Shown piece by piece: positions 19,223-29,389 of a stretch of 64,000 nt of DNA. This DNA comes from Blastocatellia bacterium (GTDB taxonomy: Bacteria > Acidobacteriota > Blastocatellia > UBA7656): positions 800,001-864,000 of the forward strand of contig CAVXWP010000001.1 in assembly GCA_963765495.1 (NCBI GenBank), in the 5' to 3' direction. A program made the position numbers and the translations under genes. The first letter of the stretch is position 1. Each line of letters begins with the position of its first letter. The notes under the pieces were generated by a model. That model had not been told where the DNA came from, did not search any database, and worked only from the letters and a program-made list of their open reading frames with translations.

Positions 19223-19393
19223 TTACCACTTCAGGACGAGCGCGAGCCCAATTCCGAGAACCATCAGGCCTACTCCGTCGAGGGGCAGTTTCGAGCTTCG
19301 ACGTGACAGGCTCAATATCAGGTGGACGATGTAGACCACAGCGCCGATCAGAAAAATAATTCCGCCTATTCCGAGATTTCCTAAATTTGGCAT
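19223..19393 (-). CDS. Small 2-TM membrane protein (56 aa)
   Basis: Manual translation MPNLGNLGIGGIIFLIGAVVYIVHLILSLSRRSSKLPLDGVGLMVLGIGLALVLKW; GGGAG RBS. Confidence 0.6.
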   Translation of the reverse strand: MPNLGNLGIGGIIFLIGAVVYIVHLILSLSRRSSKLPLDGVGLMVLGIGLALVLKW

Positions 19394-19415
19394 GTTAAAT
19401 CTCCCGCAAAGCCTC

Positions 19416-21086
19416 TCAGGGCTTTCTCGATTTTTCGTCTGTAAAAAGGATGCTGATCACAAGGGCTACACCGCCGCCCGCCGCGATCAGAAAAAACAGT
19501 ATCGCAAGCCCCGGATAGCCGAGTATTTTGAAAGGGGTTTCCACGCGCATGAGCATAGCCGCCCCAACGATCATCGCGGCCAGAATCAATCCAAGCGTGA
19601 TGCGATTCGCCAGTTTTTGAAAACCCTCCATCAAATGCGTCTCGTCTATCGCATCTACTCTTATCTGTATCTCGTTGTTTGCGACCGCGTCTAAAATCTT
19701 ATTGACCCGCGTAGGCAGGCGTTCGACGAAATCCTTCATCTCGAGCGCGCTGCTGAATACGTTGCCCGGAGACAGGCTCTTGAACATACGCTGCTGCATA
19801 ATGCTTGCGGAGTTGCGGCGAATTGAGGCGTTGGGATCGAACTCCGGGTCGAGCGTGCGCCCCACCTGATCCAGATTGAGCAGGGTCTTGCCAAGCATGG
19901 CAAGCTCGGGCGGAAGACGGATGCCGCAATGGGTGGAGACCTGAGTGAGTTCAAGCACTATGGTTCCGATTTCAATCTGCTGCATATTTGCGCTCTGATA
20001 CCGGCTGACCAGATCGGTGATACGCCGCCTGAACTCCGCCTCGTCGAATTGCTCTCTCGCTTCGGCAACATCTATGGCGAGGGTTGCGGCCTCTTCGCCG
20101 CGACCCTCGCTTATGGAAAGCAGTAATCGCAATAGACGGTCCTGCAATCCCGGCGTGATGCGTGCGACCATCCCCAGATCGAGCAGCGCGATCCGGTTGT
20201 CGCTGGTCAGAAACACGTTGCCCGGATGCGGGTCGGCGTGGAAAAAGCCGTCTACCAGAATCTGCTTCAGATAGGCCCGAAAAAGCTGCTCGGCCAGTTC
20301 CGCCCCGTTCAGGTCGAGGCGCGCAACCGGGCTCAAAGAAGTCACCTTCTGCCCTTCCACATACTCCATCGTCAACACCCGCGAGGTTGTGTAATCTTCA
20401 ATAGGGCGCGGCACAACTATGCGGTCGAACTCCTTGAGGTTTTCGGCCATCGTGAGGAGATTGCGCGCCTCTTCGCGATAATCGAGTTCTCGCAAGAGGC
20501 TCTTTCGGAATTCATCGAGCAACTGCTGAAACTGATAATGCCTGCCCATGTCGGTATTGTTGTCGAGGAGTTCGGCTACGCTTTCGAGCGCCTCCAGGTC
20601 CTTGATGAGGTCTTCGCGTATGTCGGGCCGCTGCACCTTGACGGCCACCGCCCGCCCGTTGCGCAATCTCGCGCGGTGCACCTGACCGAGCGATGCCGCT
20701 GCCATCGGTGTCGCTTCAAATTCCGAGAAAGCCCTTGAGATGCGCACCCCCAACTCGTTTGTCACCGTCTTTTCGACATCCGCGAAAGAGAACGACTCGA
20801 CGTTATCTTGCAGCCGGGCAAGCGCCTCCATGTAGGCGAAAGGCAGGATGTCGGGACGGGTAGAAAATAGCTGGCCCAGCTTGATAAACGTAGGCCCCAT
20901 CCGTTCCAGATCATCAGCCAGCGCCTTCGCCTCAGAAGGAATCTCGTTCGCCTGCTCCGCGTCTTCGCCCGCGAGGGCTTCATCCAATCCGACCTGCTTG
21001 ACCAGATCGCCCCGGCCATACTTCATCAGCAGCCAGGCAATGTCTTTGTATCTTTTCAGATGTTCGGGTTTAAGTGAGATACCCAT
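19416..21086 (-). CDS. ABC1/AarF/UbiB-family atypical kinase
   Basis: GPTFIKLGQ, AASLGQVH, VAVKVQRP, FHADPHPGN and LDLGM motifs. Confidence 0.92.
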   Translation of the reverse strand: MGISLKPEHLKRYKDIAWLLMKYGRGDLVKQVGLDEALAGEDAEQANEIPSEAKALADDLERMGPTFIKLGQLFSTRPDILPFAYMEALARLQDNVESFSFADVEKTVTNELGVRISRAFSEFEATPMAAASLGQVHRARLRNGRAVAVKVQRPDIREDLIKDLEALESVAELLDNNTDMGRHYQFQQLLDEFRKSLLRELDYREEARNLLTMAENLKEFDRIVVPRPIEDYTTSRVLTMEYVEGQKVTSLSPVARLDLNGAELAEQLFRAYLKQILVDGFFHADPHPGNVFLTSDNRIALLDLGMVARITPGLQDRLLRLLLSISEGRGEEAATLAIDVAEAREQFDEAEFRRRITDLVSRYQSANMQQIEIGTIVLELTQVSTHCGIRLPPELAMLGKTLLNLDQVGRTLDPEFDPNASIRRNSASIMQQRMFKSLSPGNVFSSALEMKDFVERLPTRVNKILDAVANNEIQIRVDAIDETHLMEGFQKLANRITLGLILAAMIVGAAMLMRVETPFKILGYPGLAILFFLIAAGGGVALVISILFTDEKSRKP

Positions 21087-21335
21087 CCATCATCTCCCGT
21101 GATAGATGGCCTTGAGTGAAACAGGCCGTTCAGAACGAGCGTCCAGGACTCGCTGGCATTATGTGGGATTGGCTGGCTCAAGTCCAGGAGTATTCGTGTG
21201 ATTGTTCGGCGACAACCATATCGAATCTCGATTTGAGCGAGAGGCGAATACGAATAGGCCGCGAACGGACGCGGCCTATTTCAATTGTATTGATTGACAT
21301 CTTAGAGAAAGCGGATCAATCAAAGCGAAGTCTGT

Positions 21336-21920
21336 TCAATTCGAATCAGGATGATTTGGGTCTGATTCCTTCTCTTCATCTTCACCGGGGCTATCTTCCT
21401 GATCGTGGTCCTTATCGTCTTTTAGCGATATGCCCATTATATTCGGATTGTCTATAAACTGGCTCAGTCTGTCGGGGTCGAATTTGAACTGGACCACGAA
21501 CGCCTGTTCCTGCTGTAACGTGACGACGAGGAATTTTATATGTTTTCCCTCTTCCGAAGCATAGACATAAGTCCACTGGGTTTTACGCGGTTGAGCGATC
21601 TCTATGACCGGCTGCCACGCGGGGTCGACCGCGTCGTGAACGAATTTGTGAAAATCGGTTTGCGAGTTCTCGGAAAAATCGAGCTCCTTGAGCATCACTA
21701 CCTTGAAGTTCTTGACTCCCGCCGGGCGTACCATCTTTACGGCCAGCCTCGCAAAACTGATCAATCCGAACGTGCTCTGGCTCTTGGCCCCGTAGTGCGC
21801 TTTGATGTGTTTGACCACCGAACTGAAGCTCTTGTCGGTTGCAAGCCCCGGTGTCGCGCCAAAGATCACGCTGAGAATCAGGATTAAGATCGTGAGGGAG
21901 AATCTTTTTCCCGCTTTCAT
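21336..21920 (-). CDS. Exported hypothetical protein (DUF4252-like)
   Basis: Signal peptide; start overlaps the stop of the DUF4252 gene (ATGA). Confidence 0.6.
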   Translation of the reverse strand: MKAGKRFSLTILILILSVIFGATPGLATDKSFSSVVKHIKAHYGAKSQSTFGLISFARLAVKMVRPAGVKNFKVVMLKELDFSENSQTDFHKFVHDAVDPAWQPVIEIAQPRKTQWTYVYASEEGKHIKFLVVTLQQEQAFVVQFKFDPDRLSQFIDNPNIMGISLKDDKDHDQEDSPGEDEEKESDPNHPDSN

Positions 21921-22498
21921 TGCTTGTCCTCCTCGTGCGTGTCGCCCGTCTCAAGCCCGAATCGCGGGATGCCGAATTTGCCTTCGAGTTGAGAGAGCTT
22001 CTCTAAATCAATAGGCCCGACAATGTTTACGACCGTGAGCGCCTTTGGCTCGACCGCGAGCACCGCGAGCCCTTTGATCACGTTCCCCTCCGTCATGATG
22101 ACAACATCGAAACTGGCTTTCTTCTTGCTGCGAACATCGGCGATCTTAGTCCAGCCCGGAGCGTTTAGTTGCGCGCGGATTGTTTCGACATCCGACGGCA
22201 GGTATTCGCCTTCATTCTCGAATTGAAACCTCTTGACATAGACGCCCTTCAAATTCTGGATCAATTCCTTGGCCTTGGCTTCGTCGGGCGATCTCTCCGG
22301 TCTGAGGAACGTAGCCGCGAGCTTGAGCAGATTCTCGGGCACATCCACGTTTATGACTTCCGATGCCTTATCGGTGAAGCGGTCGAGGTGCGCGATATTC
22401 AATCTGGCCTCTTGCCCGTAGGCGGGCAGCGCCCCAACGACTGAAAGTATCAGGGAAAGAAAGATCAATCTCATCGAAGTAGTTACTATAAATTTCAT
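21917..22498 (-). CDS. DUF4252-family exported protein
   Basis: Signal peptide; LKGVYVKRFQF, PGW and LTVVNIVGPIDLEKL..LEG.FGIP motifs; follows an ECF/anti-sigma pair. Confidence 0.75.
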   Translation of the reverse strand: MKFIVTTSMRLIFLSLILSVVGALPAYGQEARLNIAHLDRFTDKASEVINVDVPENLLKLAATFLRPERSPDEAKAKELIQNLKGVYVKRFQFENEGEYLPSDVETIRAQLNAPGWTKIADVRSKKKASFDVVIMTEGNVIKGLAVLAVEPKALTVVNIVGPIDLEKLSQLEGKFGIPRFGLETGDTHEEDKQ

Positions 22499-22545
22499 GA
22501 TTCCTCCATTAAACACACAGACTATTTACCGACCTGGAAGCTATT

Positions 22546-23175
22546 TCATTCATCGTCTCCATTGACCGCCTTTTGAGCTTCGCCAAGGGTGCTGCTGGCG
22601 ATGTGAAGGGCCAGCATGAGTTGTTCTTTGGCAATCTCCCCTTCGGACTTTACAGCCACATTGATTCCGGGCTCATCCGGTCGCGCCGATTTGCGAACAG
22701 ACCGGGGCCGGTGCTTTACCGGGTGTTTCGCGTCTTCAAGCTCGGTTGATTCAGCACCCTTCGCAATATCATCGCCGGGCTGATGCTGATTTGAAACATC
22801 GGGCGTCTGCTGATTTTTCGGCCCGGCAGATTCCCGATCCCCCGCCTGTATAGCGCCGTCGCGCTCGCCTGCGCGGTCCTTCTCTACGCTCGCGGCCTGC
22901 TGTTCAGGCGAGGCAACATGACGGGGCCAGTATTGAAACGCGCCAATCGCTATCAGCAACAGGGCGGCAAGCCCCGCCGCGAGCCACCGAACTCTGGGCG
23001 GCTCGATGAGAATCAGCAACGACTCCCACCATCGCCTTCTCGTCGGAGCCTTCTTCGCGGCAGCTTTTTTCATAGTTGCCTGAGCGTTGATTTGCTCCAT
23101 CACTCGCCCGGTGAAATCCGGTGAAGGCTCCTGGCGGCTGAATGCCAGTCTTAATTCATCATCAAGGCGACTCAT
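22546..23175 (-). CDS. Putative transmembrane anti-sigma factor
   Basis: Coupled to the ECF gene; EPSPDFT.RV, a single TM and AKEQLMLAL. Confidence 0.7.
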   Translation of the reverse strand: MSRLDDELRLAFSRQEPSPDFTGRVMEQINAQATMKKAAAKKAPTRRRWWESLLILIEPPRVRWLAAGLAALLLIAIGAFQYWPRHVASPEQQAASVEKDRAGERDGAIQAGDRESAGPKNQQTPDVSNQHQPGDDIAKGAESTELEDAKHPVKHRPRSVRKSARPDEPGINVAVKSEGEIAKEQLMLALHIASSTLGEAQKAVNGDDE

Positions 23176-23753
23176 ATATGTGCTTCCCCCAGGCAGCGCG
23201 TCAGCTTCTCGCGCAACAACACGAGCGACCGCCGCAAATGGCTCTTCACGGTATTTACCGGCATATCAAGCGCCTCGGCGATCTCAAGCGGTTCGAGGTC
23301 TTCCTGATACCGGAGTATCACTACCATCCGTGGTTTTTCCGGCAAGGTGTCCACGACTCGCCGCAAAGTTTCCGAGAGCAAAAAATCGTCCACCGGTTGC
23401 TCTGCTACGGGCTCCGGCACATCTTCCAGACTCACCTGCGGGCGGAGTTTCCGCCGCCGAGACTGGTCTATGCATCTGTGACCGGTCACCTTCCGCAACC
23501 AGAAGGTGAGGTGAGCCGGGGACTGTATGGCCGAAAGATTCTGGTGGAGATGAAGGAACACTTCTTGAGCCAGCTCCTCCGCCAGCGCGCGATCTCGCAG
23601 AAAATGATAAGCCATGCTGAAGACCATCGCCTGATGTTCCCGCACAATCTCAGCAAATGCCGATTGATCACCCCCGGCAGATTTCGCCAGCCGTTCTTCC
23701 GCCCGGTCAAGGGTTTTGCTTCCCAAGTCGTATGTCCCTTTCCACCCCACCAT
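23172..23753 (-). CDS. ECF sigma factor (start uncertain)
   Basis: GDQSAF, AEELAQEVFL, WL.KV...CID and EIAEALDMPVNTVKSHLRR. Confidence 0.9.
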   Translation of the reverse strand: MVGWKGTYDLGSKTLDRAEERLAKSAGGDQSAFAEIVREHQAMVFSMAYHFLRDRALAEELAQEVFLHLHQNLSAIQSPAHLTFWLRKVTGHRCIDQSRRRKLRPQVSLEDVPEPVAEQPVDDFLLSETLRRVVDTLPEKPRMVVILRYQEDLEPLEIAEALDMPVNTVKSHLRRSLVLLREKLTRCLGEAHI

Positions 23754-23918
23754 CTGTAAGTACGCAGGACCGTAGTCGAGCGAATGCAAATTATTTTGTA
23801 CGGTCAGAGAAGGCAAAAGGTTAGCATAACCTGCCGAAAGACACACTCAGACGTTAGGAGGCGGGGAAGATGAGAACATTCTCTGACCTCTATTTCGTAA
23901 GATAAAACGGAGGGAACA

Positions 23919-24128
23919 ATGAGCAATTCGGGAACAGCAGCGGTCTTGAGCCTTGTTATTCCAGGCGTGGGCCAGATTTATAACGGCAAGATACTGCGCG
24001 GCATCTTCTGGCTGATCGTCACGCCCGGCCTCTGGATAGGCACGGGCGGATTGTTGGGATGGGTCTGTCACGTCATCGCTGCTTATACGGCTTACAGCTA
24101 CGCCGACAAACACAGATACGAAAGGTGA
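23919..24128 (+). CDS. Small membrane protein (TM2-like, 69 aa)
   Basis: AAVLSLVIPGVGQIYNG motif; GGAGG RBS. Confidence 0.75.
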   Translation: MSNSGTAAVLSLVIPGVGQIYNGKILRGIFWLIVTPGLWIGTGGLLGWVCHVIAAYTAYSYADKHRYER

Positions 24129-24235
24129 TGCGTGATACGTGATGCGTGATACGTGATTTTCAGGCATATGGTTGTTAACAGATGATTGCCGATCTCCAGG
24201 TCACGTATCACGCATCACGTATCACGCATCACTCT
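24125..24235. repeat. Inverted heptamer arrays between convergent genes
   Basis: (GTGATRC)-type x5 and (TCACGYA)-type x5; both flanking stop codons lie inside the arrays. Confidence 0.9.
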
Positions 24236-24812
24236 CATCTCTTCCATCGCGCCCGACTCCTAGCGCGTCGGCCACGCGGTTGATGTAGTTGAACCATGAG
24301 GCGATCAGGGTAATTTGCAATATGGCTTTGTCGTCAAAGCCCACACCACGCAACCGCTCGTGATCCTGCGGGGAAATTCGCGTGGCGTCTTTTGTCAACT
24401 GCACTACGTAATCGAGCATGACTCGATCCTGTTCATTGATAGGTGCAGACGTGTAATCATCTTCGAGCGCCTGAACCAGTTCTTTATCCAGCGTGACTCG
24501 ACGCAGAAACTCTGCGTGCGACTCGATTCAGTAAAAGCACCGATTCGTCACCGAAACCATAGTCGCGATCATTTCGTGCTGCCGCCTTGCCAGAGGCAAC
24601 TCAGGCGACATCAGCGCACCAAAGGTTGAGAAGGCATGAAAGAGCGCATCGGGGATCAGGCTGTGCGAAGCGACTATGCCGCTTGTCTCGCCGCCCGACA
24701 CGGGATGAACCGGCGTGGCGTACTCTATCGGGTATAACTCTTTCTGGCCCTCCATAGCGCGGCGCAATTCCTCGCTTGCCTCAGACAATTCTATAGTCTT
24801 GATCCAGGTCAT
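24222..24812 (-). CDS. AhpD/CMD-family peroxidase, probable selenoprotein (CxxU)
   Basis: Two track ORFs are in frame across TGA at 24530-24528, giving [14 protein letters not shown] (CxxCxxxH pattern); a hairpin follows the TGA. Confidence 0.8.
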
Positions 24813-24840
24813 TGTTGACGGCTCCCTTCTTCTATGTTTT

Positions 24841-26187
24841 TCAATGGCCGTTCACTGATTCACGTTTGCGAAAGAAAAGATGATAAACCGGGGCGCCGAG
24901 TGCCACAACTCCCGCTCCGAGAAATGCCTGCTTCGGATTGCTTCCCGCCAGCAACACAAGCAGCACCATTACAAGCGCGAGAAACAGAAGCGGCGTAAAC
25001 GGATAACCGGGAGTTCTATAAGGCAACCCGTCCGCCCCTCTGCGACGCAACACGAATACGGCTCCAACGGTCAGCGCGATAAATATTACCGTCACAAAGA
25101 CGAAATAAGCTATGATGCCATCGAAAGAACCGAGCGCCACAAGCAGACTCGCAAGCGATGCTTGCAGGCAAATAGCGCGAGCCGGGGTATTGAATTTTGG
25201 ACTCAGCGCCGCTATGGAATCAATAAACAGCCCGTCGCGCGCCATCGCGTAATAAACACGCGGCGCTGTCATAATCAACCCGGCCAGGCTGCCCAGGACT
25301 GAAATAATCACTATGCCGGAAAGCACTTCGCCGCCCGCTTTGCCAAAGAGAGCTTCTCCGGCCTGAGCCGCGAATGTCTCGCCCGACGTGACGCGCTCGA
25401 CCGGGACAAGATACAAAAACACGGCGCTCGTAAGGATGTAAACCAGCGTTACGGCCACGACTCCAAAGGCGAGCGCGCGCGGAAGGCTGCGGGCCGGGTC
25501 GCGCACCTCGCCCGCTATCTTGCTCAGGTCCCACCACCCGCCAAACGAAAAAAAAGCCGCCACCATCGCCCCCGAAAGCGCCCCCACGAGCGGAGACGAA
25601 CCGGGTCGTTGCGCTGCGAATGGAATGAAGTTTGACCAGTCGCCAAGCCTGAGCCCGAATCCCCAAACGACTACGAAGGCGATCAGCCCGAGCTTGATTA
25701 TAGTCAGCCAACGCATCAGCCACGCGCCAAATCGCACGCCATAAATATTCGCGGCGGCAAGCAGCACAATCACAGCGATAGCCACCGCTTTTAACCCTGT
25801 CGGAGACAGACCGAGCGAGTACCCCACGTAGCTTGCCAGCCCCACCCCGAGCGCCGCCGTGATTCCGGGGTCCATCACAAGCAGACACATCCAGCCGTAG
25901 AGAAAAGCCAGTCGCGGCCCGTACGCCTCGCGCAGGTAGACATATCCGCCGCCCGCCTCCGGGTATTGTGCCGCCAGTTCTCCGTAACAGAGCGCGCCGC
26001 ATAAAGCCATCGCGCCCATCACCGACCAGACCACAAACAGCCACAGGGGCGAGCCCAGCGATTTCGCCATTCCGGCAGGAGTCAGAAAGATTCCCACCGC
26101 TATAACCTCGCCTACGACCAGAGCCGCTGCCGTGCCCGTGCCTATCTGGCGCTTTAGCCTGCTCGCTTCCTGGGCTTTTGACGTCAT
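24841..26187 (-). CDS. APC-family amino acid permease
   Basis: IAVGIF.TP, YGELAA.YPEAGG.YVYL, FSFGGW and AGEVRDP.R.LPRA motifs. Confidence 0.9.
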   Translation of the reverse strand: MTSKAQEASRLKRQIGTGTAAALVVGEVIAVGIFLTPAGMAKSLGSPLWLFVVWSVMGAMALCGALCYGELAAQYPEAGGGYVYLREAYGPRLAFLYGWMCLLVMDPGITAALGVGLASYVGYSLGLSPTGLKAVAIAVIVLLAAANIYGVRFGAWLMRWLTIIKLGLIAFVVVWGFGLRLGDWSNFIPFAAQRPGSSPLVGALSGAMVAAFFSFGGWWDLSKIAGEVRDPARSLPRALAFGVVAVTLVYILTSAVFLYLVPVERVTSGETFAAQAGEALFGKAGGEVLSGIVIISVLGSLAGLIMTAPRVYYAMARDGLFIDSIAALSPKFNTPARAICLQASLASLLVALGSFDGIIAYFVFVTVIFIALTVGAVFVLRRRGADGLPYRTPGYPFTPLLFLALVMVLLVLLAGSNPKQAFLGAGVVALGAPVYHLFFRKRESVNGH

Positions 26188-26189
26188 AT

Positions 26190-29156
26190 TTAGAACGAGA
26201 GTTTTACCGCAAACTGAAACGCGCGTGGGCCGCCCGAGCCGAATACGCCGCCTGCCGTCGTCACCGCCTGCCCGAACCTCGACGAGCGCAGAAAGCCGGG
26301 GCTGGCCGGATTGTCGCTGTCACGCACAAGCGCGTTCGCGTATCCCGAATAATTTACGTTCGACACTCCCAGCACGTTTGTCATATTGAAGAGGTTGAAG
26401 ACTTCAAGTATAGGCTCAAGCCTTACACTCTCTGAAAACCTGAACTGCTTCGACACGCGCAGGTCGAAAGAATTGAATCCGTCGCTGAATCTGGCATCAT
26501 CGCTGACGAGTGGCAGGAACTCGCCGTTTATGCCTCCGCCCGCGTTGACTTGATTTATGAATCGGTTGAGCTCGGCTCCCGTGTGGAAGAGTCGCCCGCC
26601 CGCATTTCGCTGCAAAAGAGGAATGCGCGAGATGCCGTCGGGCAAGAGAATATCCATTGGAACGCCGGAGGCCAGCGTCCAGATGGGCGATAATCGAAAG
26701 CCCTCGAACAGATCGAACACGCCCGAAAAAGTGAAGCGATGGCGCTGGTCGTTTGGCGTAGGCCCGTATTCCAACCCGAGATTGTTCGGATCGAGCGGCC
26801 CGTTGGAAAAAGGGATCTGATCGTCGTTGGCATAGTTGAATGCCTTAGACAGCGTGTATGAAGCGCGGAATTGGTAACGATTCGAGAATCGCTTTTCAAG
26901 GCTGACTAGCAACCCGTCGTATTGTGTATTAACACTCGATTCCAGATTCACAACCGAGTCCGGCCCGCCCACCACGGGATTGAAAACGGTTCCTATCGTC
27001 CGGCCTATGATGAAATGTGTGCCGAGATTGTGCAGGTAATCAACTCGCGCCACGAAATTCTCTCCTAGCTCTTGCTCTATGCCGATGTTGGTCTGCTGCA
27101 CGGAAGGGTTTTGCAGTCTGTTATCAATGATGTTTATCCCGCCCGCGCCCGCGCCCGGCAGTATGAAACCCGTAAATGGATTTGAGATGGTCGGCGCAAA
27201 GGGCGGGAACTGGCCTGTCATCGGGTCTATAAAAAAGAGGTTACCCGCCCTGACTTCGATGGGCAGTGCGCGCCCGTCAAGCCCGCGCTCCAGAGATTGA
27301 ATCTGCAAGATGACGCGGTCGTAATAGATGCCGTAGCCGCCGTGTATGCTTGTATGTCCGCCTTTGCTCGCCCAGTTGAATCCTATTCGCGGGCCGAAGT
27401 TGTTTCTGTCACGCGAGCGGGTGACGCCGAGAAAAGAGAGTATTATCGGGTTTAGCTCATCCGTGCGACTGATGTTTTTGACATCGGTGTCGAGTTCGTA
27501 TCGCAGGCCGAGATTCAAAGTAAGTTGCGGATGTATTCGCCAGTCGTCCTGCGCGAAGAAGGCCAGATGCACATTGTCGGCGTTGTCGATAATAAGGGGT
27601 CGGTCGGGTACTCCGCTTCTGAGGGTCACGGCAAACAGCAGGTCGTCATCATCTACGCGACCGTCGCCGTTGTGATCGAAATCAGGGAAGTCCTGAACAA
27701 ACTCGATGCGGCCCTGTTGAAATACGCCGAGATCGAAATCGGCGTCTATTTTCTGAACCTCGCCTCCGAAACGCAGAGTGTGAGCGCCTTTCACAAGCGT
27801 GAGGGTGTCTGAGAACTGAAGTCTGTTCTGGCGGGTTTGCTGCGGGACGCGGAAAGAGGCTCCATCCTGCAAAGACGGGAATGTCAGTTGCGGCGCGACG
27901 GTGACCGGCTCGATTTCATTTATGAAATTATTCACGCTGAAGCCAAAGCTGTTTACGACATTTGGCGAAAACAGGCGCGTGTAGTTAGTCAGAAAAGTTT
28001 GATAATGATTCGTGCTTTGCTGGCGCTGAGAGGCCGAGCCGATGGCGCGTATCAGGGTGCTTGCCGTCACGTCATCGGCGCGCTCAAGCGAGTACCGAAA
28101 CGTGAGATTGTCGTTGTCGGAGACGACGATATCGCCTCGCGCGGTCGCAAGCAGATCGTTGAGCGGCGCGGCGGCAAAGTTGCGATTGATCGTTCGCGTA
28201 GCCGCATCGCGTTCGCCCACGAGCACCGCGCCGTCCTGATTTCGATACTCGATGGAGCCAAACCAGAATGCTTTGTCGCGAATTACCGGGCCGCCGAGGG
28301 CAAAGGCGTATTGCTCTCGATCAAAGGGTGGCTCTTCATTGCCGCGGTCGAACGTAGCGGGGAGCCCTTGAAGCCTGCGGTCGCGCACAAAAAAAGAGGC
28401 CGATCCATGCAACTCGTTTGTTCCCGTCTTGGTGAGTATGTTTATGATCGAAGATCCCGAGCGTCCGTATTCGGCCGAGAAGCGATTCGTGGCTATTTGA
28501 AACTCCTTGACGGCGTCCTGCGAGATGTTTTCAAGCGGCCCGCCCACTACATCATCGTTGTTGTCGGCTCCGTCAATCGAGTAATTCCCGCCGCGCCCAA
28601 GCTGCCCGGCCGAAGAGATGGTCACGCTGTTGGTCTTTGTAGGGTCGAAATTCGGCGCGGGCGAGTTGCCGGGAATCAGCAACGCCAGTTCCAGAAAATT
28701 GCGCCCGTTAAGAGGCAGCGACTCGATCTGCCGCGCGGCTATCACACCGTCAACTACTGATGTGGTCTTATCAATCGGCTCGACTTCGGGAGAAGAAAAA
28801 TTGTCGGCTTCTAAAAAGCCAACTTCAAGAGTCAGATCAAGCGTAGCACTCTGCCCGACTCGAAGCACGATGATCGAAGAACTTGCCGTTGTAAATCCAG
28901 GTGACTCGACTTTTATATCGTAATCGCCCGGCGGCAGGTTCGTCAGTACATACAGACCTTCGCTGTTTGTCTCGGTTTCGCGCTTGAGGCCGGTAGCCGA
29001 TTGCGTCAACGTCACCCGCGCTCCCGGGATGACGGCATCCTGAGGATCGGTGATTCGCCCTCCGAGTGTGGCCGTCGCCGATTGCTGAGCGCGGGCCGCA
29101 ATACTCAACAAGCATATAAGTACAAAATAAAGAGTTGTCGTAAGTATTCTTCTCAT
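26190..29156 (-). CDS. TonB-dependent receptor (Oar type, carboxypeptidase-regulatory N-domain)
   Basis: G.ITD..GA.V, LPLNGRNF, FSAEYGRS, AFFAQDDWR...LTLNLGLRYE and C-terminal PR..QFAVKLSF. Confidence 0.92.
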   Translation of the reverse strand: MRRILTTTLYFVLICLLSIAARAQQSATATLGGRITDPQDAVIPGARVTLTQSATGLKRETETNSEGLYVLTNLPPGDYDIKVESPGFTTASSSIIVLRVGQSATLDLTLEVGFLEADNFSSPEVEPIDKTTSVVDGVIAARQIESLPLNGRNFLELALLIPGNSPAPNFDPTKTNSVTISSAGQLGRGGNYSIDGADNNDDVVGGPLENISQDAVKEFQIATNRFSAEYGRSGSSIINILTKTGTNELHGSASFFVRDRRLQGLPATFDRGNEEPPFDREQYAFALGGPVIRDKAFWFGSIEYRNQDGAVLVGERDAATRTINRNFAAAPLNDLLATARGDIVVSDNDNLTFRYSLERADDVTASTLIRAIGSASQRQQSTNHYQTFLTNYTRLFSPNVVNSFGFSVNNFINEIEPVTVAPQLTFPSLQDGASFRVPQQTRQNRLQFSDTLTLVKGAHTLRFGGEVQKIDADFDLGVFQQGRIEFVQDFPDFDHNGDGRVDDDDLLFAVTLRSGVPDRPLIIDNADNVHLAFFAQDDWRIHPQLTLNLGLRYELDTDVKNISRTDELNPIILSFLGVTRSRDRNNFGPRIGFNWASKGGHTSIHGGYGIYYDRVILQIQSLERGLDGRALPIEVRAGNLFFIDPMTGQFPPFAPTISNPFTGFILPGAGAGGINIIDNRLQNPSVQQTNIGIEQELGENFVARVDYLHNLGTHFIIGRTIGTVFNPVVGGPDSVVNLESSVNTQYDGLLVSLEKRFSNRYQFRASYTLSKAFNYANDDQIPFSNGPLDPNNLGLEYGPTPNDQRHRFTFSGVFDLFEGFRLSPIWTLASGVPMDILLPDGISRIPLLQRNAGGRLFHTGAELNRFINQVNAGGGINGEFLPLVSDDARFSDGFNSFDLRVSKQFRFSESVRLEPILEVFNLFNMTNVLGVSNVNYSGYANALVRDSDNPASPGFLRSSRFGQAVTTAGGVFGSGGPRAFQFAVKLSF

Positions 29157-29310
29157 CGTGAGTCCGTCCATAGGTGTAATCGAGGAAGCGCAAACAGCGA
29201 GACGATCTTCGATCCATATCGAAGATCGTCAGGAGGGCGCTTGTTTTCTCCCTGGTTGAATCTATTGAGCCGGGAATCGCTTCGAGTGCGCTTTCACCTG
29301 ATAAGATTAA

Positions 29311-29389
29311 CCGCCGCAGACACCACGGGATGCAGAGGCAATTAGTTCGAATCTCTGCAATATATATTTGCTCTCGGTGTCTGCGGCGG
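29311..29389. repeat. REP-like inverted repeat
   Basis: 14-bp perfect arms CCGCCGCAGACACC/GGTGTCTGCGGCGG with an inner TGCAGAG/CTCTGCA stem. Confidence 0.7.

Noticed and set aside
23847-24167. 106-aa minus-strand ORF
   Set aside because: Starts within repeats and is antisense to a better-supported 69-aa membrane protein gene.
27837-28760. Long antisense ORFs (also 35246-36175, 39704-40633, 56974-57801 and 60034-60723)
   Set aside because: Shadow frames of well-supported genes in GC-rich DNA, with no motifs.
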